Positions 1 through 8,883 of a stretch of DNA of 64,000 nucleotides are shown here, in pieces. Made by a program: the position numbers and the translations under genes. The stretch is from Pseudomonadota bacterium (GTDB taxonomy: Bacteria > Bdellovibrionota_B > Oligoflexia > Oligoflexales > CAIMVM01): NCBI GenBank assembly GCA_037142195.1, contig JBAXBA010000006.1, forward strand, positions 14,562-78,561, read 5' to 3'. Below the pieces are notes generated by a model that was not told the DNA's origin, did no database searches, and saw nothing but the letters and a program-made list of their open reading frames with translations. Position 1 is the first letter of the stretch. The number at the start of each line of letters is the position of its first letter.

Positions 1-1
1 C

Positions 2-775
2 TTTTATATATCCATGATCATCAACGTCAACCCACGGTAGAAAAATGTCAGAATTAGGTTTGTGGCCGATAGCATAGAAAAGCCCGTCAATTTTAATATC
101 TTCTTTTGCTGAATTTTCGAGGTTTATAAGGGTAACTCCCGTGAGCCCTGTTTCATCGCTAAGTGTTTTTTCAATGGTCCAGGGAGTCCTAATCTTGATT
201 TTAGGATTGTTTTTGACGCGATCAATCATAATGCTGGCAGCCCGAAACGTGTCTCTACGGTGAACTAAAATGACTTCCCCGGCAAGATTGGCTAAGTAAC
301 TCGCCTCTTCCATGGCAGAGTCACCCCCACCGATAATCATAACTTTTTTCCCGCGATAGAAAAAACCATCACAGGTAGCGCATGTGGAAAGACCTCGACC
401 CATAAGCGCCGCTTCCCCAGGTAGGCCTAGGGTTTTGGCTGTAGCTCCGGTGCTGATAATCACAGTTTTTGTTTCTATGAGTTCTTGATCTGCCCATAGC
501 TTCAATTTTGAAGGATTTGAAAAATCAACTTTTGTAATGGTGTCGTAAACAATGCGGGTTCCTACTCGCTCTGCTTGCGCGGTCATTTCTGCCATAAGCT
601 TTGGGCCTTGAATGCCCTCAGCAAAGCCAGGAAAATTTTCTACTTCCGTTGTGGTAGTAAGTTGACCACCATGTTGAATGCCAGCATATATTACGGGTTT
701 GAAGCCAGCTCTTGCCGCATAAATAGCCGCAGTCAATCCAGCAGGTCCAGTTCCAACTATAGTTACATCGTTCAT
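2..775 (-). CDS. trxB: Thioredoxin-disulfide reductase, 3'-truncated by the window edge
   Basis: Not in the ORF track. Manual translation from ATG at 775 (RBS AGGGG) gives MNDVTIVGTGPAGLTAAIYAARAG..., redox motif STCATCDGFF and NADPH-binding IGGGDSAMEEA. Confidence 0.95.
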   Translation of the reverse strand, partial: MNDVTIVGTGPAGLTAAIYAARAGFKPVIYAGIQHGGQLTTTTEVENFPGFAEGIQGPKLMAEMTAQAERVGTRIVYDTITKVDFSNPSKLKLWADQELIETKTVIISTGATAKTLGLPGEAALMGRGLSTCATCDGFFYRGKKVMIIGGGDSAMEEASYLANLAGEVILVHRRDTFRAASIMIDRVKNNPKIKIRTPWTIEKTLSDETGLTGVTLINLENSAKEDIKIDGLFYAIGHKPNSDIFLPWVDVDDHGYIK

Positions 776-913
776 AGAAGCCCCTAAGTAAAATCATCTA
801 GGGACGGATCCTATCAAGAGGCAGATCAATTGTCATTAAGACCCTTGCAAGGCTTAAGCTTTGGGCATCCCGGTTCTATCTGGTTACCTGATGTGTGGTG
901 GGCCTAAAATGAA

Positions 914-938
914 AGCGGCAGGGCAAAACCCTGCCGCT
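914..938 (-). terminator. Intrinsic terminator after the 965-1615 gene
   Basis: Perfect 10-bp stem AGCGGCAGGG/CCCTGCCGCT with a 5-nt loop, followed on the minus strand by TTCATTTT. Confidence 0.75.
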
Positions 939-964
939 ATGTCCTCATAAAAAGAACAGGAACG

Positions 965-1615
965 CTATTTTGTGAGAAGTTTAAAGGCATGATGCCAAGT
1001 GTTGGATGTTGCACCGAATCCAAGCCAAGTGATGCACATGGCTTCAAGAGCACCAGAAAGTGCCATAGATCCCACATCTTTAGCTCCCCAACCAAAGGAC
1101 TTTACGAGCTCCGTGGCTGCAAGTTTGGCTTCATGGTTGTCACCACAAATAAACATATCAGGAGTGCCGTCTTTAAAGTTCGGCTTATAGAAGAATCCAT
1201 GACCCACCGTATTGAAGCATTTTACGACTTTGGCGTCTGGAGCCGCTTTTTGACAAGCTGAGCCGGCTGACTGACCTCCTATGTAAGCAAGCTTTGGGGG
1301 GAATCCTGCTGAAAAATCCAAGGGGTTCGTGGCGTCAAGGACCAGCTTTCCGGCGAGATTTTGAGGCCCAGCACCATTTATCGTGGAAACGATTTCCGTG
1401 CCTAAAGTGGCCACAACGATGGTGTCAGCCCATTTTGCCACCTCTGAAAAAGTACCCCCTTCAGCTGAAAAACCACCGTCTGTGAGTTTCTTAAGTGCCT
1501 CAGCTAGCTTAGTGCCGGAAGTTCGCGAACCAATTTTTACAGAGTGTTTTTCTGATAGAAAGCCTTTGGCGAGAGACTGAGCCACATCGCCAGTGCCCAA
1601 AATTGCAATTTTCAT
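965..1615 (-). CDS. NADP oxidoreductase, F420-dependent family (COG2085-like dinucleotide-binding enzyme)
   Basis: N-terminal Rossmann motif KIAILGTGDVA, plus family-typical LDATNPL and VVKCFNTV; 216 aa. Confidence 0.8.
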   Translation of the reverse strand: MKIAILGTGDVAQSLAKGFLSEKHSVKIGSRTSGTKLAEALKKLTDGGFSAEGGTFSEVAKWADTIVVATLGTEIVSTINGAGPQNLAGKLVLDATNPLDFSAGFPPKLAYIGGQSAGSACQKAAPDAKVVKCFNTVGHGFFYKPNFKDGTPDMFICGDNHEAKLAATELVKSFGWGAKDVGSMALSGALEAMCITWLGFGATSNTWHHAFKLLTK

Positions 1616-1665
1616 AAGTTATCCTGAATAAGAATAACGATAATTGTACAATATAAATGTAAAAT

Positions 1666-1689
1666 AGCACAAAAGCACAAAAGCACAAA
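1666..1689. repeat. Tandem 8-mer (AGCACAAA)x3 in a divergent promoter region
   Basis: Read directly; lies between the starts of the oxidoreductase (1615, -) and dacB (1713, +). Confidence 0.85.
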
Positions 1690-1712
1690 AAGCTTAAAAA
1701 GGGAGCCATTCT

Positions 1713-3167
1713 ATGCGTTATTTTATATTTTTAATGGGGCTTTCTGCTTTTTCAAAAGAGCTATTTGCCAATTCTGCGATTCAAAATCTCGTGGCAAAAG
1801 TGGAAACTCGTTCGAAGCAATCCATAGAAGTGGTTCGCGTTTCTGATGGAAAAACGATTTTTGCCCATAATGATCAAGTGCTTCTCACTCCCGCAAGCGT
1901 TTCTAAACTTACCATTGCGGCTGCCGCCTTGGAAATGTGGGGCCCACAATATACTTTTTCAACGAAAGTCTATTATACAGGGAATTTTTCCAATGGGGTG
2001 ATCTCTGGAGATTTGATCGTAAAAGGCGATGGCGATCCTTTTTTGGTAAATGAAAAGATTTCAGTTCTTGCTTCAGATTTAAAAAATCGGGGAGTTAAAG
2101 AAGTAAAAGGAAGATTTATATTAGATCCCTCACTCTTTGATTTGGAGACAAGGGATGAATCTCGCGAAGAAGGAAAGTTATCTTCAGACAATGCTTATGA
2201 CGCACCCATTTCAGGTGCAGGCGTGAACTTTAATACCTTTGAAATTGCTATTTCACCAGATGAGAGTGGCGCACGGGTTTTGTTTTCCCCCTTTCCGTTA
2301 AAGGGATTTTCTATAACGAATAAAGTGAAGGTAGGATCATCGACCAATGTGCAAGTCGAGCGATTTTCATCAAAGGATGGGCGCGCAAGCCTTGTTGCCA
2401 CAGGAACAGTTGCGAAGGATGCAGGCCTCATCAAGATGTACCGCTCGGTAAATAATCCTCACCTAGCTTCCGCAGAGATGGTCAGGGCATTTATAGAAAA
2501 TCAGGGAATCTTGATTCGTGGAGACATTGGGATTTCCGAAACCCCTAAAGCTTCTAACGAGATTTTGACGTTAACAGGATACTCGCTGGATTTTATAGTC
2601 AAAGGACTTAACAATTTTTCCAACAACTACATCGCAGATATGTTACTCAAACGTATGGGATCGGCATTTCCAGCCAGTGGGCTGGCAGATCAGCCAGGAT
2701 CTGGAACGGAAAGCAATGGGCTTAAGGTATTAGAAAGATACCTTAAATCCCAAGTGGGAATTAAGACACCGTTTGTTCTTAAGAATGCCTCTGGACTATC
2801 ATTCGAGAATCGACTCTCGGCGGGGCAAATCAATCAAATTCTTCTTCGCATGGCGAAGAGTCTCGATGTTTTTCCTGAATTCTTTGCCAGCCTTCCAGCA
2901 GCTGGAAGGGACGGGACCCTTAAGAAAAGGTTTCAAAATAATGAAGGTAAATCTCAGGCAGCAAATATTAGAGCCAAAACGGGAACCCTTACATCTCCTC
3001 GGTCCGTCTCGTCTTTAGCCGGCTATGTGAAAACGCCCCATGATGGCCTTTTGGCATTTGCTATTATCGGAAATGGAATAGAAGGAAAAGCTCAGCCGAC
3101 TATAAATGAACTTCATGGATTTCAAGATAAGTTGGTGTCACTACTCGCGAGTGGTGACTACAAATAA
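1713..3167 (+). CDS. dacB: D-alanyl-D-alanine carboxypeptidase/endopeptidase (PBP4, peptidase S13)
   Basis: Signal peptide; PASVSK (SxxK), GDGDP, SNN (SxN), ASGLS and AKTGTL (KTG) motifs. Confidence 0.93.
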   Translation: MRYFIFLMGLSAFSKELFANSAIQNLVAKVETRSKQSIEVVRVSDGKTIFAHNDQVLLTPASVSKLTIAAAALEMWGPQYTFSTKVYYTGNFSNGVISGDLIVKGDGDPFLVNEKISVLASDLKNRGVKEVKGRFILDPSLFDLETRDESREEGKLSSDNAYDAPISGAGVNFNTFEIAISPDESGARVLFSPFPLKGFSITNKVKVGSSTNVQVERFSSKDGRASLVATGTVAKDAGLIKMYRSVNNPHLASAEMVRAFIENQGILIRGDIGISETPKASNEILTLTGYSLDFIVKGLNNFSNNYIADMLLKRMGSAFPASGLADQPGSGTESNGLKVLERYLKSQVGIKTPFVLKNASGLSFENRLSAGQINQILLRMAKSLDVFPEFFASLPAAGRDGTLKKRFQNNEGKSQAANIRAKTGTLTSPRSVSSLAGYVKTPHDGLLAFAIIGNGIEGKAQPTINELHGFQDKLVSLLASGDYK

Positions 3168-3206
3168 CCGCATTCTCAGAATTAACTGTGGAATGCGGCT
3201 ATTTGT
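3160..3206. terminator. Bidirectional hairpin terminator between convergent dacB and pckG
   Basis: Inverted repeat ACAAATAACCGCATTC ... GAATGCGGCTATTTGT with one mismatch/wobble. Confidence 0.7.
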
Positions 3207-3239
3207 GTAGTTTGTATCGTTTGTGTCGTGATTCTTTTT

Positions 3240-4982
3240 TCAGTTTAGCTCAGCAATAACTCTTTCTTGCTCAGCTCGAAGGCGCTCGGGCAGGCGTTCT
3301 CCATAGGTATCGAGATATTCCTTAATGGATTTTGCCTCCTCACGGTAGGCGGCTTTGTCAACCGCTAAGAGATCCTTAAGAGCATTTTGATCGATATCAA
3401 GTCCCTTAACATCAAGATCCTTAGGTAAGGGTAAGTTACCGATAGCTGTTTTTTCAGCGTCAATTTTTCCCGAACAGCGATCTAAAATCCACTTGAGTAC
3501 ACGCATGTTGTCGCCAAATCCAGGCCATAAGAATTTACCCGCTTTATCTTGGCGGAACCAGTTCACATGAAAAATTTTGGGTGGATGAGTCAATTTCTTT
3601 TCCATAGAGAGCCAGTGGGCCCAATAATCCCCAAAGTTATAACCAGCGAACGGCTGCATGGCCATGGGGTCTCGACGCATCACGCCGACTTTTCCTGTGG
3701 AGGCTGCTGTGGTTTGACTTCCAACTGATGCTCCCACAAGCACTCCGTGGGGCCAAGATAGGGATTCAAATACCAGTGGCACAAGCGTTGAGCGGCGGCC
3801 ACCGAAAACAATAGCGGATATAGGCACGCCATTTGGATTTTCTGCTTCTGTGGAGTAGCTTTCACATTGTTTTGCGGGCACCGTAAATCTGGAATTGGGC
3901 TGAGCAGCGGGACCAGTTTCTTTTTTATAGGGACGTCCTTGCCAATCTTTTGCCGGTGTTCCTTTAGTAAGCCCTTCCCACCAAGGTTCATTGTTTTCAG
4001 TAAGTCCCACATTGGTAAAAATACAATTGCGGTCAAGCATGTTTAAGGCATTTGGATTGGTTAACTCTGAAGTTCCCGGGGCTACGCCGAAGTAACCCGC
4101 TTCTGGATTGATGGCGTAAAGACGGCCATCTGACCCAGGGTGAAGCCAAGCGATGTCATCCCCCACTGTCCAAACTTTCCATCCTTTGTAAGCAGGAGGT
4201 GGAATAAGCATGGCCAAATTGGTCTTACCACAAGCAGAGGGAAAAGCTGCGGCGACATATTGCTTTTCACCTTGAGGGTTTTCGATGCCCACAATCAGCA
4301 TGTGTTCAGCGAGCCAGCCCTCGGTACGGCCTTGCCAAGAAGCAATACGCAAGGCGTGACACTTCTTCCCTAAAAGAGCATTGCCACCATAACCAGAGCC
4401 AACTGACTTTATGAGGAGCTCGTTAGGAAAATGCATGATTCTGCGATGTTCGACTTTCAAGTCACCCAGAGAATGCAGGCCGCGGACAAACTTATTCTCA
4501 GATTCGATTCTTTTTAGAGCCGGCGTACCCATTCTGGTCATAATATGCATATTGGCCACTACATACTTAGAATCAGTGATTTCCACACCGCATCTCGAAA
4601 ATGGCGAATCTATGGGCCCCATGCAATAGGGAATGACATACATCACTCGATTTTTCATCGCCCCAGCAAAGAATCCGTCTATTTCCTTATGGGCCTCGGA
4701 GGGGTCCTTCCAATTGTTATTGGGGCCGGCATCAATTTTTTGTGGAGTGCAAATAAACGTGAGGTGTTCAGTACGAGCCACATCGTTTGGGTCGGAGCGA
4801 TGGAGATAACAGTTGGGAAAGGATTCTTCGTTAAGCTTTATAAACTCGCCGCTATCTACCATTTCTTTTGCGAGCTGATCATACTCAGCCTTGCTTCCAT
4901 TACACCAAACCACTCTCTCAGGTTGTGTAAGTGAAGCCACTTCATCTACCCATTTTAATAATTGAGCATTGCTAGTAGTCAT
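3240..4982 (-). CDS. pckG: Phosphoenolpyruvate carboxykinase (GTP)
   Basis: FPSACGKTN, GDDIAW, NPEAGYFG and PNSRF signatures. Start moved from 5021 to ATG 4982 (MTTSN..., RBS AGGGGTG). Confidence 0.95.
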   Translation of the reverse strand: MTTSNAQLLKWVDEVASLTQPERVVWCNGSKAEYDQLAKEMVDSGEFIKLNEESFPNCYLHRSDPNDVARTEHLTFICTPQKIDAGPNNNWKDPSEAHKEIDGFFAGAMKNRVMYVIPYCMGPIDSPFSRCGVEITDSKYVVANMHIMTRMGTPALKRIESENKFVRGLHSLGDLKVEHRRIMHFPNELLIKSVGSGYGGNALLGKKCHALRIASWQGRTEGWLAEHMLIVGIENPQGEKQYVAAAFPSACGKTNLAMLIPPPAYKGWKVWTVGDDIAWLHPGSDGRLYAINPEAGYFGVAPGTSELTNPNALNMLDRNCIFTNVGLTENNEPWWEGLTKGTPAKDWQGRPYKKETGPAAQPNSRFTVPAKQCESYSTEAENPNGVPISAIVFGGRRSTLVPLVFESLSWPHGVLVGASVGSQTTAASTGKVGVMRRDPMAMQPFAGYNFGDYWAHWLSMEKKLTHPPKIFHVNWFRQDKAGKFLWPGFGDNMRVLKWILDRCSGKIDAEKTAIGNLPLPKDLDVKGLDIDQNALKDLLAVDKAAYREEAKSIKEYLDTYGERLPERLRAEQERVIAELN

Positions 4983-5167
4983 GTTCACCCCTATACGGTT
5001 TAAAAAGCCCTGCCCATCCAAGATAAAAATCTACGGGGAGGATCGCTTTGCAAGATGTCCCTATCGGTTTAATCTTTTTCCGCGTAATTGCCAACCACCG
5101 AGCAGTCAGAAATCGAGAAAAAGCGGTATAATGAGAGGGCGTTTCTAATCCAATTCATATTATAAGA

Positions 5168-8100
5168 ATGTATTTTATTAAAACTATGAAAAAAACAACT
5201 TTATTGAGACTCCTGAAATTTTCCCTTTGGATCGCAGGTATCGCACTCCTGCTCACGATTGCAACAGGGATAGCAGTCCGGGCCCTCGTCAAACAAAAAG
5301 ATATAGAACACTTCCTAAGCGGAGTGGTTAAAAAACAAACAGGCGGACAGCTTACCTTTCAAGTAGAAGCTTTTGATGTCTTGCGGGAGATCAGAATCAG
5401 CCACATCCAGTTTAATGGCCCTAAAACGGAAATAGGCTTTGGGGAGGGAGGAGAGCTTTCTGATGAGCCTCTGATTTCCATGGAACAAATTAAAATCGAT
5501 CTAGCTGTCCGAGGGCTCTGGCGCGGAGCTCTTAAAGTAGCAGCCTTTTTGGACAAGCCCAGCATCTCCCTCAATCTTCGAAAAGACCAAAGCAATCTTC
5601 GGGGGCTTCTTGCTTATAGAGCCAAAAACTTTCCCAAAGCAGAGAGTCTAACCCCATGGTTTGAATTGCCAACCCTTCCGATCTCATTAGACAAAATATT
5701 TGTTCCAGGATCTTTTCAACTCACCGATTTTCTAGTCTCGGATGTTTCATTAAAGTTTGTTAATGATTCTATAGACGTCCAACTGGGGCCTCTAGATATG
5801 TCTTCTTTTTTAAAGATATACCGCAAGACGATAAAAGGTTATTTGAAACTAGAGACAGATCGTACAAAACTGAAATTCAAAACTAAAGACAAAGAGGCTC
5901 TTTGGAACATGAGACTCCAAAATGAGTTTCAAATTCGCTCTTGGACGGAATATGGGCTCACGTCCACAAATAAAATTTCTGGCAGCTATTTAACCCAACC
6001 TCTAATCTTAAACCAATCCGTTCAAGTCAAAATAGCTCCAGATTTGACGTCTTTCCAGTTGGGCGATTTAAAATTTGATTTAGGAAATTACCTAAAGTTA
6101 GGTGGTGACTTTTATGTCCAATTCCCGAAACATTCTCTGCTAAATGGAACCCTGCGCAGTAATTTCCAAACGAATATCAATTTAGACAATCCGATCACTC
6201 ACATTCTTGAAAAAATGATGCAATTAAAAACCTCGGGACGAATTAAGGGTAAACTTTCCATAGACGGCCCCTTTGAGATCTCAGAAAATAAGCTTCCTAT
6301 CCAACTTCCTCTTTCTAACATCACGTTCCAAGCAGACCAAGTCCAAGCGTCTTTAGGAAAAGAGATCAACTTAAGAAATCTAAGATCACTTGGTGAGATT
6401 CATATCACTTCCACAGATAAAGACATTCACATAAGTCCCAAGGTTTCCCTTTCCTTTGCTGATTTTTCCTTTGAGAGTAATAATATCCAACTCAATGCGA
6501 GAGAGTTTGAATCATCTCTAACCTCACAAGCCACACTCTTCTTAAAGAAACTTGATTCCTTGAAATTAGCTCTAAACTTGGCTAGTATTTCAGCAAAAAT
6601 CGACAAAAAAGAAATCATAAATGAAAATTTAAAACTTAATGTAGAAGCAACTAGTTTAGAAAAACTGTCGAATTTCTTTATGTCTGGCACCGCCAGCATG
6701 GGGCATTTAGTTCAATCAAAATTTGAAATTAAGTGTAATAGTCCTTGTGGTAAAGTCGATGTAGGGGGAAGCTTTATAGCTCAAAAATTAATGCCTTTTG
6801 TAGAAATACTCAAAAACAATGTTGCAAAAGAAGCAGTAAAATATTTACCTTCATTTCTCGAAGGAAGCGTTGAAGGTGGCTTGGAAGCAGCTTTTTTGGT
6901 GCCATCATTTGATAAAAAAGAATTTCTACCTGAAGACCTCGCGCCAACCTGGAAAATTCATGGAGATTTAAAGAACCTCTCTTTAAAGGTGCCTTTTCAA
7001 GCTGCAAGTCTGGCCGGACTCAACGCAGGTATTAAAGCCGAAGGAACCCTGCTAAAGGGTTCCATCTCGACAGGGTTCCATTTGGAAAATCTCGGAATCT
7101 CCCCATCTGCGACCCAAAGCTTTCAAATAGAAAAAGTAGATTTTTCCGCAAAGACGGACGTTAACCTAGCGAACCTCAAAATTATAAAGGAAAAAGCAAC
7201 CACGGCCACAAGCTGGCAATTGAAAGCTAAAGATATCCAAGCATCTCTTCCTAAAGAGTATTCACTTTCTAATCATAGCGTGGAAGGTCGCCTCTCTACC
7301 TCTGGCATCAAAAATGTCCAGCTAGACATAGATAAAGCATCAATTGCAAATGGTGCGCTAGATGCAAAGTTGCAGTTGTCCGCAAACCTAAACGCAAAAG
7401 ATATAAATTCCCATTTTTTGGTTCATATCTATCCCGAGAAATTCGAAACCTATGTGCCCGGACTAAAGGCGGGCGGAATGCTGTCCTATCAAGGAAATCT
7501 TGACGTAAAGTCTTTTGATAGACTTTCTTTAACTTCGTTTTCAAAACTGGAGGCGATTCACTTATCCTATGTACAAGCGGGAGGAAATCGTTTTGGTATC
7601 GGCTCCATTGAGGGTCGAATTCCTATTTCATTTCATGAAAACATTTCAGATCTTAAAAACTGGTTCCAGAAAAGTGAAAACAAAAATCTTTCAGACACGA
7701 TTGCAAATTATTTAAAAAGCGAGTCCCAAGTTAATGAAATCTCAATGCCGGAATCAAATCTTCTGTCGTGGCGTGATGCTCATCCTGCCCAAGAAAGAAA
7801 TCTAAAAATTTATAAAGCCTTTATTAATGGAGTTGGTATCGAAGAATTTGAAGGTGGTGTTGAAATTTCCTCTAAAGCCATTATGGTTAAAAACTTTTTA
7901 GGCAAGGTTCTGGGAGGTCGGATACAAGGGAGCGCTTTTTTACCTATATCTCCGATGCCGGAACGCATACTTCTCACAGCACACGTTAAAGGAATTGATT
8001 CCAGCCAGATTCCTCTGCTCATCGGAAAAAAGAACTCTGGCGGAACATCACTGCCCATAAGCGGAAATTTTCACTTAGACTTTCTAGTAAGAAATAGTCA

Positions 8101-8392
8101 ATTAGATGGCGTCTTTGATGTCACATCTATCGGTGCCGAACAAATGAATTATATGCTTGAGATGGTAGATCCAGACCACGCAGATTCTTCTATCAATAAC
8201 ATTCGAAGAGCTTTGAAAATAGGATCTCTTAAGAAGGCTCTTGTAGTGATTAAAAGGGGCGAGATGAGCCTTGATATGGATGTAAGGTTAGTGGGAGCGC
8301 CGATTCCGCTTCCAAATCTGAATGGAATAAAAGTTTCTAATATGATTGAAAATATAAAAGCCGACATTTTAGAGAAAAAGGAGTCTTTGTGA
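5168..8392 (+). CDS. AsmA/YdbH-like large beta-rich intermembrane bridge protein (putative)
   Basis: Single N-terminal TM anchor, about 1070 aa of alternating beta-strand-like sequence, C-terminal VLGGRIQG-type motif, followed by a YnbE/YdbL-like lipoprotein. The start may be the ATG at 5186. Confidence 0.6.
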   Translation: MYFIKTMKKTTLLRLLKFSLWIAGIALLLTIATGIAVRALVKQKDIEHFLSGVVKKQTGGQLTFQVEAFDVLREIRISHIQFNGPKTEIGFGEGGELSDEPLISMEQIKIDLAVRGLWRGALKVAAFLDKPSISLNLRKDQSNLRGLLAYRAKNFPKAESLTPWFELPTLPISLDKIFVPGSFQLTDFLVSDVSLKFVNDSIDVQLGPLDMSSFLKIYRKTIKGYLKLETDRTKLKFKTKDKEALWNMRLQNEFQIRSWTEYGLTSTNKISGSYLTQPLILNQSVQVKIAPDLTSFQLGDLKFDLGNYLKLGGDFYVQFPKHSLLNGTLRSNFQTNINLDNPITHILEKMMQLKTSGRIKGKLSIDGPFEISENKLPIQLPLSNITFQADQVQASLGKEINLRNLRSLGEIHITSTDKDIHISPKVSLSFADFSFESNNIQLNAREFESSLTSQATLFLKKLDSLKLALNLASISAKIDKKEIINENLKLNVEATSLEKLSNFFMSGTASMGHLVQSKFEIKCNSPCGKVDVGGSFIAQKLMPFVEILKNNVAKEAVKYLPSFLEGSVEGGLEAAFLVPSFDKKEFLPEDLAPTWKIHGDLKNLSLKVPFQAASLAGLNAGIKAEGTLLKGSISTGFHLENLGISPSATQSFQIEKVDFSAKTDVNLANLKIIKEKATTATSWQLKAKDIQASLPKEYSLSNHSVEGRLSTSGIKNVQLDIDKASIANGALDAKLQLSANLNAKDINSHFLVHIYPEKFETYVPGLKAGGMLSYQGNLDVKSFDRLSLTSFSKLEAIHLSYVQAGGNRFGIGSIEGRIPISFHENISDLKNWFQKSENKNLSDTIANYLKSESQVNEISMPESNLLSWRDAHPAQERNLKIYKAFINGVGIEEFEGGVEISSKAIMVKNFLGKVLGGRIQGSAFLPISPMPERILLTAHVKGIDSSQIPLLIGKKNSGGTSLPISGNFHLDFLVRNSQLDGVFDVTSIGAEQMNYMLEMVDPDHADSSINNIRRALKIGSLKKALVVIKRGEMSLDMDVRLVGAPIPLPNLNGIKVSNMIENIKADILEKKESL

Positions 8393-8883
8393 AACTAAAC
8401 TTCGTAAGAATTTTGGCTGTGTCTGTTTTTATCTCAACCGGGTGTGTCATAAAAGTGGAAGTCCCCACATCAAAAACTAAACTAGAGAAGCAAATATCTG
8501 GCGATCTAATTCCCACAGAGGAATCTGTTTTAATGAGAGCAGTGACCAGAGGACAGAGTGAAATAGGTGTGCCTAGTGAGATTTCTAATATGGAACTGAT
8601 GAAGCGAGAAGAGGCTTGGATCCAACTATCTTATCGTTACCTAGATGCTGGCTATCTTGGCTGGAAGCCGGATGAAGGTCTAGAAAAAGTGCCCTCGCGA
8701 CAGGATGAATCCTCTGAGTACTATGAAGCACTCGTCCTATGTGGGCGGTTAAATCAGATTGTCCGCGAGGTTAAAAAAAGAGGCCTAGAGAGCAAATTGG
8801 CCTCAGGTTTTCGACCTGAGATAAAAAAAGGTTGGTACGTTTTTGAAAATGGAGTGTGGAGCCAATTTGGAGTTGACCGATGA
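8389..8883 (+). CDS. Lipoprotein, YnbE-like N-terminus plus YdbL/DUF1318-like C-terminus
   Basis: Lipobox STGC followed by VIKVEV; GYLGWKPDEGL and GWYVFENGVW resemble DUF1318 motifs; GTGA overlap with the upstream gene. Confidence 0.55.
   Translation: MKLNFVRILAVSVFISTGCVIKVEVPTSKTKLEKQISGDLIPTEESVLMRAVTRGQSEIGVPSEISNMELMKREEAWIQLSYRYLDAGYLGWKPDEGLEKVPSRQDESSEYYEALVLCGRLNQIVREVKKRGLESKLASGFRPEIKKGWYVFENGVWSQFGVDR

Noticed and set aside
575..787. 70-aa + strand ORF and the many other short ORFs antisense to or nested in long genes
   Set aside because: Shadow frames of well-supported genes (here trxB on the minus strand); no RBS or recognisable motifs.
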